Assembly (NCBI RefSeq): GCF_003334785.1
Contig: NZ_QOWV01000008.1
Direction: 5' to 3' (one strand)
Length of the DNA stretch: 64,000 bases
Source: Escherichia coli
GTDB lineage: Bacteria > Pseudomonadota > Gammaproteobacteria > Enterobacterales > Enterobacteriaceae
Below, one piece after another: positions 11,455 to 24,784 of this stretch (the stretch's first letter is position 1; every line of letters starts with the position of its first letter). Under the pieces are notes generated by a model. That model saw nothing but the letters and a program-made list of their open reading frames with translations. It was not told the DNA's origin and ran no database searches. Position numbers and translations under genes: made by a program.

Positions 11455-13116
11455 ATGAGTGATATAGCATTAACGGTCAGTATTCTGGCTTTGGTGGCAG
11501 TCGTCGGTTTGTTTATCGGCAACGTCAAATTTCGCGGCATAGGATTAGGTATTGGCGGCGTGCTGTTTGGTGGGATCATCGTCGGCCATTTTGTTTCTCA
11601 GGCGGGGATGACATTAAGTAGCGATATGCTGCATGTTATTCAGGAATTTGGCCTGATCCTGTTCGTTTATACTATCGGGATTCAGGTAGGGCCGGGCTTC
11701 TTTGCCTCATTGCGCGTCTCCGGATTACGCCTCAACCTGTTTGCTGTTCTGATCGTCATCATCGGTGGTCTGGTTACCGCCATCCTGCATAAACTGTTTG
11801 ATATTCCACTGCCGGTAGTGCTGGGGATTTTCTCCGGTGCGGTTACCAATACGCCAGCGCTGGGGGCAGGGCAGCAGATTTTGCGCGACCTGGGTACACC
11901 AATGGAAATGGTCGATCAGATGGGGATGAGTTACGCGATGGCGTATCCATTCGGCATTTGCGGGATTTTGTTCACCATGTGGATGTTGCGGGTTATTTTC
12001 CGCGTCAATGTCGAGACAGAAGCTCAGCAGCACGAGTCTTCACGCACCAATGGCGGCGCGCTGATCAAGACTATCAATATTCGCGTTGAGAACCCTAACC
12101 TGCATGATTTAGCCATTAAAGATGTACCGATTCTCAACGGCGACAAAATTATCTGCTCGCGTCTGAAACGCGAAGAAACCCTAAAAGTTCCTTCGCCAGA
12201 TACCATTATCCAACTGGGCGATTTGCTGCATCTGGTGGGTCAGCCAGCGGATTTACATAATGCGCAACTGGTGATTGGTCAGGAGGTCGATACTTCGCTG
12301 TCCACGAAAGGCACTGATTTGCGCGTCGAGCGTGTGGTGGTCACCAATGAAAACGTGCTCGGAAAACGTATTCGCGACCTGCACTTTAAAGAACGCTATG
12401 ACGTTGTTATCTCGCGCCTGAACCGTGCCGGGGTCGAACTGGTCGCCAGTGGCGATATCAGCCTGCAGTTCGGCGATATCCTCAATCTGGTGGGGCGTCC
12501 GTCCGCAATTGATGCCGTTGCCAATGTGCTGGGGAATGCGCAGCAAAAACTGCAACAGGTTCAGATGCTGCCAGTGTTTATTGGCATCGGGCTAGGCGTA
12601 TTGTTAGGTTCTATTCCCGTCTTTGTGCCAGGATTCCCGGCCGCGTTGAAACTGGGGCTGGCGGGCGGACCGCTGATTATGGCGTTGATCCTCGGGCGTA
12701 TCGGCAGTATCGGCAAGCTGTACTGGTTTATGCCGCCAAGCGCCAACCTCGCGCTGCGGGAGCTGGGGATCGTGCTGTTCCTCTCGGTCGTTGGTCTGAA
12801 ATCTGGTGGGGATTTTGTGAATACCCTGGTCAATGGCGAAGGGCTAAGCTGGATTGGTTATGGTGCCCTGATCACCGCCGTTCCGCTGATTACTGTTGGC
12901 ATTCTGGCGCGGATGTTAGCCAAAATGAATTACCTGACCATGTGCGGGATGCTGGCAGGTTCCATGACCGATCCTCCGGCGCTGGCGTTTGCTAATAATC
13001 TTCATCCAACCAGCGGTGCGGCGGCGCTCTCTTACGCCACTGTCTATCCGTTGGTAATGTTCCTGCGCATTATCACCCCCCAATTACTGGCGGTGCTCTT
13101 CTGGAGTATCGGTTAA
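11455..13116 (+). CDS. yidE: Putative transporter YidE (AAE family, twin TrkA-C domains)
   Basis: ORF 11431..13116; start [14 protein letters not shown]...; 553 aa. Confidence 0.85.
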
Positions 13117-13829
13117 CTCTTTTCCGGGTGGAGTCGCCGTAAATGGTACTCCACCTGGTATTCGCTGGCATTTCTGAACATCACTGAATAATTCAAAAAC
13201 TCCCCGCTCTCGCTATATGACAACGAGGTGATCCGCAGCAGTGGCGTGTGTTCCGCTACCTTCATTTGCCGCGCCAGCAGTCTATCGGCGAGCACTGGCG
13301 TCAGGCTTTCATAATTACCGCCAATCAAAATCCCGCACTCTTGTTCAATATATTCAAACTTCGACCCTTCCAGATGTTGCAGCGAAAGATTACGGAACAG
13401 TTTTACCGGCATATAGCTGTCTTCCAGCATCAGCGGTTTCCCTTCCACAAAACGAACGCGACGGGAGAAGTAGATCTGCTCGTTGATTTGAATCCGTAAC
13501 TGGCTGGCAATGGCCGGAGGCGCAGGCATGATTTCAAAAATCAGCACCTGGCTGGTGACCGTTTTTCCCTGCCGTTTTAACACCTCCACCAGCCCGGTCA
13601 GACTGGCGGTTTGATGCAGTACATCTTTGCGCACCAGGTAAGTGCCACTACCGTGGCGGCGGACCACCAGCCCCCACGCTACCAGCAGGTCAATGGCTTT
13701 ACGGATGGTCATCCGCGATACCGCAAACTCTTCCGCCAGCTTTTTTTCACCGGGAAGAAGGCTGTTTAGCGTGAAATCTGCGGAGTTAAGTCGAATTCTT
13801 AACCGCTCCGCAATGCTTTTGTAGATCAT
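13113..13829 (-). CDS. yidP: GntR/HutC-family transcriptional regulator YidP
   Basis: ORF 13113..13988; internal start [11 protein letters not shown]... with GntR HTH; 238 aa. Confidence 0.8.
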
Positions 13830-14124
13830 CTCTAGATCTCTTTTTTGCCTGCAAGCCCGGGTAATGCGCACACAAGTTCTGCTTAATCGATTGAAAAAAC
13901 ATCTTTTTTTTAAAGATGTGTTCGATGCTGTGTACCTGTGCTCACAGAGGTCTACTTTTTCGCGAAAACGTAGATCTCTACCGCCCAACGAAAAGCATGA
14001 AAGCGATCACGAATCCCATTGGGTCGTCATGTTCTGCCGATCGCATCTTCCTATCCTCGCTCCAGGCCTGCCGCATAACCAATCAGGCTTCCTACTTACA
14101 GAATTGAGAAAAGAGGATGTGGAA

Positions 14125-17445
<3,321 letters not shown>

Positions 17446-17611
17446 TTTAATATCCCTCCGGCGAATTATGCTCACAACCTGAACTTAACAGAAAACAATC
17501 CGTTCAGGGATACGACGTTTGTATTTTAAGAATCTGACTGCCTGACCCGACGCATTTTACCTCTCCCTATATTCATGCGTCCGGGACATAAACATAAATA
17601 AGGGCTATGAG

Positions 17612-19564
17612 ATGAATTCGTTACAAATCTTGAGTTTTGTCGGTTTTACGCTGCTGGTGGCGGTGATCACCTGGTGGAAGGTCCGCAAAACAGATACCGG
17701 ATCGCAACAAGGCTATTTTCTTGCCGGACGTTCACTAAAAGCGCCGGTTATTGCCGCTTCGTTAATGCTAACCAACCTTTCCACGGAACAACTGGTCGGC
17801 CTTTCCGGGCAGGCCTACAAAAGCGGCATGTCGGTGATGGGCTGGGAAGTGACTTCAGCGGTGACGCTGATCTTCCTCGCGCTAATCTTTTTACCGCGCT
17901 ATCTGAAGCGCGGCATTGCCACCATCCCCGATTTTCTGGAGGAACGTTATGATAAAACGACGCGTATTATCATCGACTTCTGCTTCCTAATTGCCACCGG
18001 CGTCTGCTTTCTGCCGATTGTTCTCTACTCCGGCGCGTTGGCGCTCAACAGCCTGTTTCACGTCGGGGAATCGCTACAGATTTCTCACGGTGCGGCTATC
18101 TGGCTACTGGTAATTTTGCTTGGTCTGGCGGGAATTTTGTATGCGGTGATCGGCGGACTGCGCGCAATGGCAGTGGCGGACTCCATCAACGGTATTGGGC
18201 TGGTTATCGGCGGGTTGATGGTGCCGGTATTTGGCCTGATCGCGATGGGCAAGGGCAGCTTTATGCAGGGCATTGAGCAACTCACCACCGTTCACGCCGA
18301 GAAATTAAACTCAATCGGTGGCCCGACCGATCCCTTGCCGATTGGCGCGGCATTTACCGGTTTGATTCTGGTGAACACCTTTTACTGGTGTACAAATCAG
18401 GGCATCGTGCAACGCACGCTGGCGTCAAAAAGCCTGGCGGAAGGGCAAAAGGGGGCGCTGTTAACGGCGGTGCTGAAAATGCTCGACCCGCTGGTACTGG
18501 TGCTGCCAGGGTTGATTGCGTTTCATCTGTATCAGGATTTACCGAAAGCCGACATGGCCTACCCGACGCTGGTCAATAACGTTCTGCCAGTGCCAATGGT
18601 GGGTTTCTTCGGCGCGGTGTTATTTGGTGCGGTGATCAGTACCTTCAACGGCTTTCTGAATAGCGCCAGTACGTTATTCAGTATGGGTATTTACCGTCGC
18701 ATCATTAACCAGAATGCCGAGCCGCAGCAGCTGGTCACCGTCGGGCGCAAATTTGGTTTCTTTATCGCTATCGTTTCGGTGCTGGTCGCGCCGTGGATCG
18801 CCAACGCGCCGCAGGGGCTGTATAGCTGGATGAAACAGCTCAACGGCATTTACAACGTGCCGCTGGTTACCATCATCATTATGGGCTTTTTCTTCCCGCG
18901 CATCCCGGCGCTGGCGGCAAAAGTAGCGATGGGGATTGGCATAATCAGCTACATCACCATCAACTATCTGGTGAAGTTCGACTTCCATTTCCTCTATGTG
19001 CTGGCCTGTACGTTCTGCATCAACGTGGTCGTGATGCTGGTGATCGGTTTTATCAAACCGCGCGCCACGCCGTTCACCTTCAAAGATGCGTTTGCGGTGG
19101 ACATGAAACCGTGGAAAAACGTCAAGATCGCGTCAATTGGCATCCTGTTCGCGATGATTGGCGTCTATGCCGGGCTGGCTGAATTCGGCGGCTACGGTAC
19201 GCGCTGGTTAGCGATGATCAGTTATTTCATTGCCGCCGTAGTGATTGTCTACCTGATTTTTGACAGCTGGCGGCGGAAGGTATTCGCTTTAATTCCGCCT
19301 ACACCTGTTCACCGGTTTGTACGCCTGCACGGGCCGGACTATTTACCGGTATCTACGCTAACCAGTCCGGCCCGTGGACCAACAACGTCGCGCCAGGCAA
19401 AAACATCTCCACTATGGGGCGCTACTTTAAGGATGCCGGCTATCACACCTGTTACATCGGCAAATGGCATCTCGACGGTCATGACTATTTCGGCACTGGC
19501 GAGTGTCCGCCGGAGTGGGACGCTGATTACTGGTTCGATGGGGCGAACTATCTTAGCGAACTGA
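17612..19564 (+). CDS. yidK: SSS-family solute:sodium symporter YidK with aberrant 3' extension into the yidJ region
   Basis: 650-aa ORF; first ~550 aa are a typical SSS membrane protein, the tail is an out-of-frame reading of the sulfatase gene. Confidence 0.7.
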   Translation: MNSLQILSFVGFTLLVAVITWWKVRKTDTGSQQGYFLAGRSLKAPVIAASLMLTNLSTEQLVGLSGQAYKSGMSVMGWEVTSAVTLIFLALIFLPRYLKRGIATIPDFLEERYDKTTRIIIDFCFLIATGVCFLPIVLYSGALALNSLFHVGESLQISHGAAIWLLVILLGLAGILYAVIGGLRAMAVADSINGIGLVIGGLMVPVFGLIAMGKGSFMQGIEQLTTVHAEKLNSIGGPTDPLPIGAAFTGLILVNTFYWCTNQGIVQRTLASKSLAEGQKGALLTAVLKMLDPLVLVLPGLIAFHLYQDLPKADMAYPTLVNNVLPVPMVGFFGAVLFGAVISTFNGFLNSASTLFSMGIYRRIINQNAEPQQLVTVGRKFGFFIAIVSVLVAPWIANAPQGLYSWMKQLNGIYNVPLVTIIIMGFFFPRIPALAAKVAMGIGIISYITINYLVKFDFHFLYVLACTFCINVVVMLVIGFIKPRATPFTFKDAFAVDMKPWKNVKIASIGILFAMIGVYAGLAEFGGYGTRWLAMISYFIAAVVIVYLIFDSWRRKVFALIPPTPVHRFVRLHGPDYLPVSTLTSPARGPTTSRQAKTSPLWGATLRMPAITPVTSANGISTVMTISALASVRRSGTLITGSMGRTILAN

Positions 19565-20658
19565 CGGAAAAAGAGATTAGCCTGTGGCGCAATGGCCTAA
19601 ACAGCGTCGAAGATTTACAGGCGAACCATATCGACGAAACCTTCACCTGGGCGCATCGTATCAGCAATCGGGCGGTGGATTTTCTGCAACAGCCTGCGCG
19701 CGCAGACGAGCCTTTCCTGATGGTGGTTTCGTATGATGAGCCGCATCACCCGTTCACCTGTCCGGTGGAGTATTTAGAGAAATACGCTGATTTTTACTAC
19801 GAGCTGGGCGAGAAAGCACAGGATGACCTGGCTAACAAACCGGAACATCACCGCTTATGGGCGCAGGCGATGCCATCGCCAGTCGGTGATGACGGGCTTT
19901 ATCACCATCCGCTCTATTTTGCCTGTAATGACTTTGTTGATGACCAAATCGGACGGGTCATCAATGCCTTAACGCCAGAGCAACGTGAAAATACGTGGGT
20001 TATTTATACCTCCGATCACGGCGAAATGATGGGCGCACATAAGCTGATCAGTAAAGGGGCGGCGATGTATGACGACATCACCCGCATTCCGCTGATCATC
20101 CGTTCGCCGCAAGGGGAGCGGCGACAGGTCGATACGCCAGTCAGTCATATCGATTTACTGCCGACAATGATGGCGCTGGCAGATATTGAAAAACCAGAGA
20201 TTCTGCCGGGGGAAAATATCCTTGCCGTGAAAGAGCCACGCGGCGTGATGGTGGAATTTAACCGCTACGAGATTGAGCATGACAGCTTTGGCGGTTTTAT
20301 TCCGGTGCGTTGCTGGGTGACGGATGACTTTAAACTGGTACTCAACCTCTTCACCAGTGATGAACTTTACGATCGCCGTAATGACCCAAATGAAATGCAT
20401 AACCTGATCGATGATATCCGTTTTGCAGACGTTCGCAGCAAAATGCATGACGCCTTATTGGATTACATGGACAAAATTCGCGATCCGTTCCGCAGTTACC
20501 AATGGAGTCTGCGTCCGTGGCGTAAAGATGCACGGCCGCGCTGGATGGGGGCGTTTCGTCCACGTCCACAAGATGGCTATTCGCCAGTTGTACGCGACTA
20601 TGACACCGGCCTACCGACACAAGGGGTGAAGGTGGAGGAGAAAAAACAGAAGTTCTGA
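19264..20658 (+). pseudogene. yidJ: Sulfatase YidJ, 5'-truncated (no in-frame start upstream of the CTPAR active-site motif)
   Basis: Sulfatase frame opens right after a TGA at 19261..19263; first ATG is at 19414, downstream of the CxPxR motif. Confidence 0.65.
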
Positions 20659-20665
20659 CGATAAT

Positions 20666-20690
20666 GCCCGCTGATGATCACCCGGCGGGC
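20666..20690. terminator. Hairpin between convergent yidJ and yidI
   Basis: gcccgc..gcgggc inverted repeat. Confidence 0.45.
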
Positions 20691-20704
20691 ATTATTCAGG
20701 CTGC

Positions 20705-21154
20705 TTAAACCAGTGAACCGCCGGTCAGGAAGGAAAAGATAAGGAATATCAGCAAAATGCTGCACACGATGCCGATACCAAAAAGCAAGGTATGGAAAGC
20801 CAGCGTCCCGCCGCCAAAAACCAGCGCGCCGCGAATGCCCCAGCGATTTTCCTTACGCATACCGCCAATAAATGCGCAAAGTAGCGCAGCAATGGCCAGT
20901 GCGATACCGCTTTGATTGAGGATTTTATCGACATCTACGTCCTCTTTTTTCTCCACGGTGGTAATTTTTTCGCCTTTTATTCCGGCGAGAAGACCTCTTT
21001 TAATTTCAGCCGTTTTGTCCGCCACGATGCTTTCAAACGTTGGCGGTGGTGCGGAGAAAGGGCCGAATGAAAAGTGGATAATCCCCATCATTAAAGCGAT
21101 GGCACCGAACAGCATGCCCAATGAACTGATTTTATTTTGAGCTATGATACCCAT
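20705..21154 (-). CDS. yidI: Inner membrane protein YidI
   Basis: ORF 20705..21262; internal start MGIIAQNKISSLG...; 149 aa. Confidence 0.75.
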   Translation of the reverse strand: MGIIAQNKISSLGMLFGAIALMMGIIHFSFGPFSAPPPTFESIVADKTAEIKRGLLAGIKGEKITTVEKKEDVDVDKILNQSGIALAIAALLCAFIGGMRKENRWGIRGALVFGGGTLAFHTLLFGIGIVCSILLIFLIFSFLTGGSLV

Positions 21155-21261
21155 CTGACCTCCTTGTAGCGGATGGCAAAAGCATATCAGGAAACGGGCG
21201 GACGAAATTCTTAAAAAAACCGCTAAAGGTAGAGCGTTAGTGAAATTGCAAAGGAGCAACA

Positions 21262-21609
21262 ATGAAAATTTCCCGCCTCGGAGAAGCGCCTGATTACCGC
21301 TTCTCGCTGGCTAATGAGCGTACTTTTCTGGCGTGGATCCGTACTGCACTAGGATTTCTGGCGGCGGGGGTTGGGCTTGATCAACTTGCGCCAGATTTCG
21401 CCACGCCCGTCATTCGCGAACTGCTGGCGTTGTTGTTGTGTCTGTTTTCCGGCGGGTTAGCGATGTATGGCTACTTGCGCTGGTTACGCAATGAAAAAGC
21501 GATGCGTCTGAAAGAGGACCTGCCCTACACCAACAGCTTATTAATCATTAGCTTAATATTGATGGTCGTGGCGGTGATCGTTATGGGACTGGTGTTGTAT
21601 GCCGGATAG
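21262..21609 (+). CDS. yidH: DUF202 inner membrane protein YidH
   Basis: 115-aa ORF, hydrophobic. Confidence 0.8.
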   Translation: MKISRLGEAPDYRFSLANERTFLAWIRTALGFLAAGVGLDQLAPDFATPVIRELLALLLCLFSGGLAMYGYLRWLRNEKAMRLKEDLPYTNSLLIISLILMVVAVIVMGLVLYAG

Positions 21610-21961
21610 CCGCAAAGCCAGACGCATTGCCGACCCAGGACTGCAGCCGGAGCGCACATCACTGGCGTGGTTTCGTACCATGCTGGGCTACGGCGCGTTG
21701 ATGGCGTTGGCTATCAAACACAACTGGCACCAGGCGGGCATGTTATTCTGGATTTCGATTGGCATTCTCGCCATCGTGGCGCTGATCCTCTGGCACTACA
21801 CCCGTAATCGCAATTTAATGGATGTCACGAATAGCGATTTTTCCCAATTTCACGTAGTCCGTGACAAATTTTTGATCTCCCTCGCGGTGTTATCTCTCGC
21901 AATACTGTTTGCTGTAACGCATATACATCAACTTATCGTATTTATTGAGAGAGTCGCATGA
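21599..21961 (+). CDS. yidG: Inner membrane protein YidG
   Basis: 120-aa ORF overlapping yidH stop. Confidence 0.8.
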   Translation: MPDSRKARRIADPGLQPERTSLAWFRTMLGYGALMALAIKHNWHQAGMLFWISIGILAIVALILWHYTRNRNLMDVTNSDFSQFHVVRDKFLISLAVLSLAILFAVTHIHQLIVFIERVA

Positions 21962-22455
21962 CAGGAAGTCAGGTCATTGATGCTGAAGAGGACAGGCATA
22001 AACTGGTTGTAGAGTACAAGGATGCTCTGCAACCTGCCGATTTTTATCACAATTTCAAACAGCGGGGCATCCGCTCCGTACAGCTCATTCCCTATCTTGA
22101 ATTTGATGACCGGGGCGATCTGACGGCCGCTTCGGTGACAGCAGAGCTGTGGGGGAAATTTTTAATTGCCCTGTTCGAGTGTTGGGTGCGGGCAGATATC
22201 AGTCGTATCTCGATTGAGCTTTTTGACGCCACCTTACAAAAATGGTGTGGCAGCGAAAACCCGCAACCGCGCTGTGACTGCCAGGCGTGCGACTGGCATC
22301 GCCTGTGCCCGCACGCTCGGCAGGAGACGCCAGACAGCGTGCTTTGTGCGGGCTATCAGGCGTTTTATTCTTACTCCGCACCGCATATGCGGGTGATGCG
22401 TGATCTGATAAAGCAGCATCGTTCTCCCATGGAGCTGATGACGATGCTGCGGTGA
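21958..22455 (+). CDS. yidF: Uncharacterized protein YidF
   Basis: 165-aa Cys-rich ORF overlapping yidG stop. Confidence 0.8.
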   Translation: MTGSQVIDAEEDRHKLVVEYKDALQPADFYHNFKQRGIRSVQLIPYLEFDDRGDLTAASVTAELWGKFLIALFECWVRADISRISIELFDATLQKWCGSENPQPRCDCQACDWHRLCPHARQETPDSVLCAGYQAFYSYSAPHMRVMRDLIKQHRSPMELMTMLR

Positions 22456-22462
22456 CGTGCGC

Positions 22463-23647
22463 TTAAACGGGCTGCCCCTGATGCGACATCCGCGTCGCCA
22501 GCGGCAGCCAGCACAGCACGATCAACAATCCCATTAAGGTCATCAACAACCCCAGGCTGCCCTGACCGGTTTGCGGCAACATCGCAGAGAGCGACGCCAG
22601 CACGCCGGAACCAATGTTTTGCAGACCGCCGACCAGCGCGCCAGCCGTGCCCGCCAGGAAGGGGAACGGCTCCATCGCGCCGCTGGTCGCCAGCGGAAAC
22701 AGCATCCCGGCACCGAAAAAGAACAGCGCGGCGGGAACGAGCAGCGTCCAGACATTCATCACGCCAAACCAGTCGGGGATCCACATCAGCAAGCCAGCCA
22801 GCAGGCAGCAGATAACCGACTGCCACATTAACGTGGAGAAGCGTTTATTGGGACGTCCGGCAAACCATGCGCCAAAAAACGCTGCCGGAATCGGCAGAAT
22901 AAACAAAATACTGACCGTCATACTGCTCAGCCCTAACACCGCGCCCATCAGCACGCCGGAGCAGGCTTCAAAGGCGGCAATCCCGGCCAGACCGCCAATC
23001 AGCATCAGCAAATAACAGTTAAAACCGCTGTTACCGAAAAGCGTTTTATAACTGGTAAGCAGGCGCGTGCGCGGTGCATCGACCGGACGCGTTTCCGGCA
23101 TCCAGCGGGCCATACTGAAGGTCACACCAGCACAAAGAACCAACAAAAAGAGATAACAGGCGCGCCAGTTCCACATCGTATCCAGCAGACCGCCGATTAG
23201 CGGTGCGAGCAACGGACTGACGAGAATCCCCATGTTTAACAGGCTGTTAGCATGGCGCAACTGTGTCCGTTCATATAAATCTCGCGGTAAAGTACGCGCC
23301 ATTACGCCGCCAACGCCGGTGCCCATCCCCTGCATCGCGCTGGCGGCAATCAACACCGTCAAACTGGAGGTCGTGACCGCGACCAGCGTTGCCAGCATAA
23401 AAATGGACATTCCGACGAGGATCACCGGTCGGCGGCCCACGCGGTCGGAAATCGGGCCATAAAACAGCTGTGAGACACCGTAAGTCAGCAGATAAGCGCC
23501 CATTACGCTCTGCACCGCCCCTTCACGGACGTTGAGATCGCGCGCCATATCGGCAATAGCTGGAATATAAATGGTTTGCGCCATCTGACCGACGGCCACG
23601 AGTAATACCAACATCAATAACAAATTGACGTTTCTTTGCCTTTTCAT
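22463..23647 (-). CDS. emrD: MFS multidrug efflux transporter EmrD
   Basis: ORF 22463..23653; start MKRQRNVNLLLMLVLL...; 394 aa. Confidence 0.9.
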   Translation of the reverse strand: MKRQRNVNLLLMLVLLVAVGQMAQTIYIPAIADMARDLNVREGAVQSVMGAYLLTYGVSQLFYGPISDRVGRRPVILVGMSIFMLATLVAVTTSSLTVLIAASAMQGMGTGVGGVMARTLPRDLYERTQLRHANSLLNMGILVSPLLAPLIGGLLDTMWNWRACYLFLLVLCAGVTFSMARWMPETRPVDAPRTRLLTSYKTLFGNSGFNCYLLMLIGGLAGIAAFEACSGVLMGAVLGLSSMTVSILFILPIPAAFFGAWFAGRPNKRFSTLMWQSVICCLLAGLLMWIPDWFGVMNVWTLLVPAALFFFGAGMLFPLATSGAMEPFPFLAGTAGALVGGLQNIGSGVLASLSAMLPQTGQGSLGLLMTLMGLLIVLCWLPLATRMSHQGQPV

Positions 23648-23821
23648 TATCACGGATGCTTTTATAAAAATAATTAGAATAAGTCACTACGCATTCCCAT
23701 AAATGCGGGAGAGGAATCTATCACATTGATGAATGTTAGCCAGATATACGCCAGGAATGGGGAATTGTTTAGCGGCAGAATATGTAAACAAAAGCGGCAA
23801 TAAATGTTGCCGGGAGAGATG

Positions 23822-23860
23822 GTAGGGCGGATAAGATGCGTCAGCATCGCATCCGACACC
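23822..23860. repeat. REP-like palindromic unit
   Basis: gtagggcggataagatgcgtcagcatcgcatccgaca motif. Confidence 0.4.
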
Positions 23861-23869
23861 AACCCGCAC

Positions 23870-23906
23870 GCTAAATATAAAAGGGGAGCGGTTTCCCGCT
23901 CCCCTT
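23870..23906 (-). terminator. Rho-independent terminator of tisB
   Basis: ggggagcgg..ccgctcccc hairpin with U-run on the minus strand. Confidence 0.5.
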
Positions 23907-23926
23907 TGGTGCGACTTGAATCTGAA

Positions 23927-24016
23927 TTACTTCAGGTATTTCAGAACAGCATCAAGCAGTTGCAGTGCTGCAACAATGAGTTTGAGGATAAGAATGGCGA
24001 TATCCACCAGGTTCAT
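23927..24016 (-). CDS. tisB: SOS-induced type I toxin TisB (29 aa)
   Basis: Minus-strand ORF encodes MNLVDIAILILKLIVAALQLLDAVLKYLK; below the 60-aa ORF-track cutoff. Confidence 0.9.
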   Translation of the reverse strand: MNLVDIAILILKLIVAALQLLDAVLKYLK

Positions 24017-24250
24017 ACGCGTCTCCTGTGGTTCAGGAGCACTGCCAGCTGACGTACCTTTCCGCTGCCTGTTGCCAGCTGTTGTGCACGCGGTATCTCA
24101 AGGAGAAACGTTGTGCTTGTTGACATAACACAGTGTGCTCACGCGGGGTTAAGGCGCTGACGGCACCACCCGTTTCAGCCAGGACTTAGTGCGCCGGGTA
24201 ACGATGCGGCCCCCGCATAACACATTGCGTACAGTGATATTATAGAAGTT

Positions 24251-24270
24251 TACTGTATAAATAAACAGTA
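24251..24270. promoter_or_regulatory. LexA box (SOS operator) at the tisAB / istR-2 promoters
   Basis: tactgtataaataaacagta matches the CTGT-N8-ACAG consensus. Confidence 0.8.
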
Positions 24271-24366
24271 ATATTTGGACAAAACGCAAACTGTGATCGA
24301 TACTCAACTATGCACTAAATACGTCAAAATTCGTGCCGAAATTGCGCGTTCTGCGCGGAACACGTA

Positions 24367-24452
24367 TACTTTCAGTGTTGACATAATACAGTGTGCTTTG
24401 CGGTTACCAGCCGCAGGCGACTGACGAAACCTCGCTCCGGCGGGGTTTTTTG
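24367..24452 (+). ncRNA. istR: IstR-1 antitoxin sRNA (approximate boundaries)
   Basis: tatact -10 element upstream; body is near-complementary to a copy at 24108..24135 inside the tisAB leader; ends at hairpin plus T6. Confidence 0.45.
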
Positions 24453-24580
24453 TTATCTGCAATTCAGTACAAAACGTGATCAACCCCTCAATTTTCCCTT
24501 GCTGAAAAATTTTCCATTGTCTCCCCTGTAAAGCTGTGCTTGTATAAATATTGTTAAACACAAAACCAACAAGGTCCCCA

Positions 24581-24679
24581 ATGACTACTTCCATGCTCAA
24601 CGCAAAACTACTACCAACTGCGCCATCCGCCGCAGTGGTCGTCGTGCGTGTGGTGGTGGTCGTCGGCAATGCGCCGTAG
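24581..24679 (+). CDS. ivbL: ilvB operon leader peptide
   Basis: 32-aa ORF MTTSMLNAKLLPTAPSAAVVVVRVVVVVGNAP with Val/Leu-rich control codons. Confidence 0.9.
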   Translation: MTTSMLNAKLLPTAPSAAVVVVRVVVVVGNAP

Positions 24680-24702
24680 GGACTGGAACAACACACGATT
24701 CC

Positions 24703-24737
24703 AAAACCCCGCCGGCGCAAACCGGGCGGGGTTTTTC
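24703..24737 (+). terminator. ilvB attenuator terminator
   Basis: ccccgccggcgcaaaccgggcgggg hairpin followed by T5. Confidence 0.75.
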
Positions 24738-24784
24738 GTTTAAGCATCTCCCGGAAAGTCGGCCCAGAAGAAAAGGACTGGAGC

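Noticed and set aside
13864-14124. N-terminal 87-aa extension of the glvC ORF in the ORF track (625 aa)
   Set aside because: The extension overlaps the divergent yidP start region and has no membrane-protein character; ATG at 14125 with a good RBS is the likely start.
19414-19416. ATG at 19414 as the genuine yidJ start
   Set aside because: It lies downstream of the in-frame CTPAR sulfatase active-site motif, so a product starting here would lack the catalytic residue; interpreted as truncation rather than a true start.
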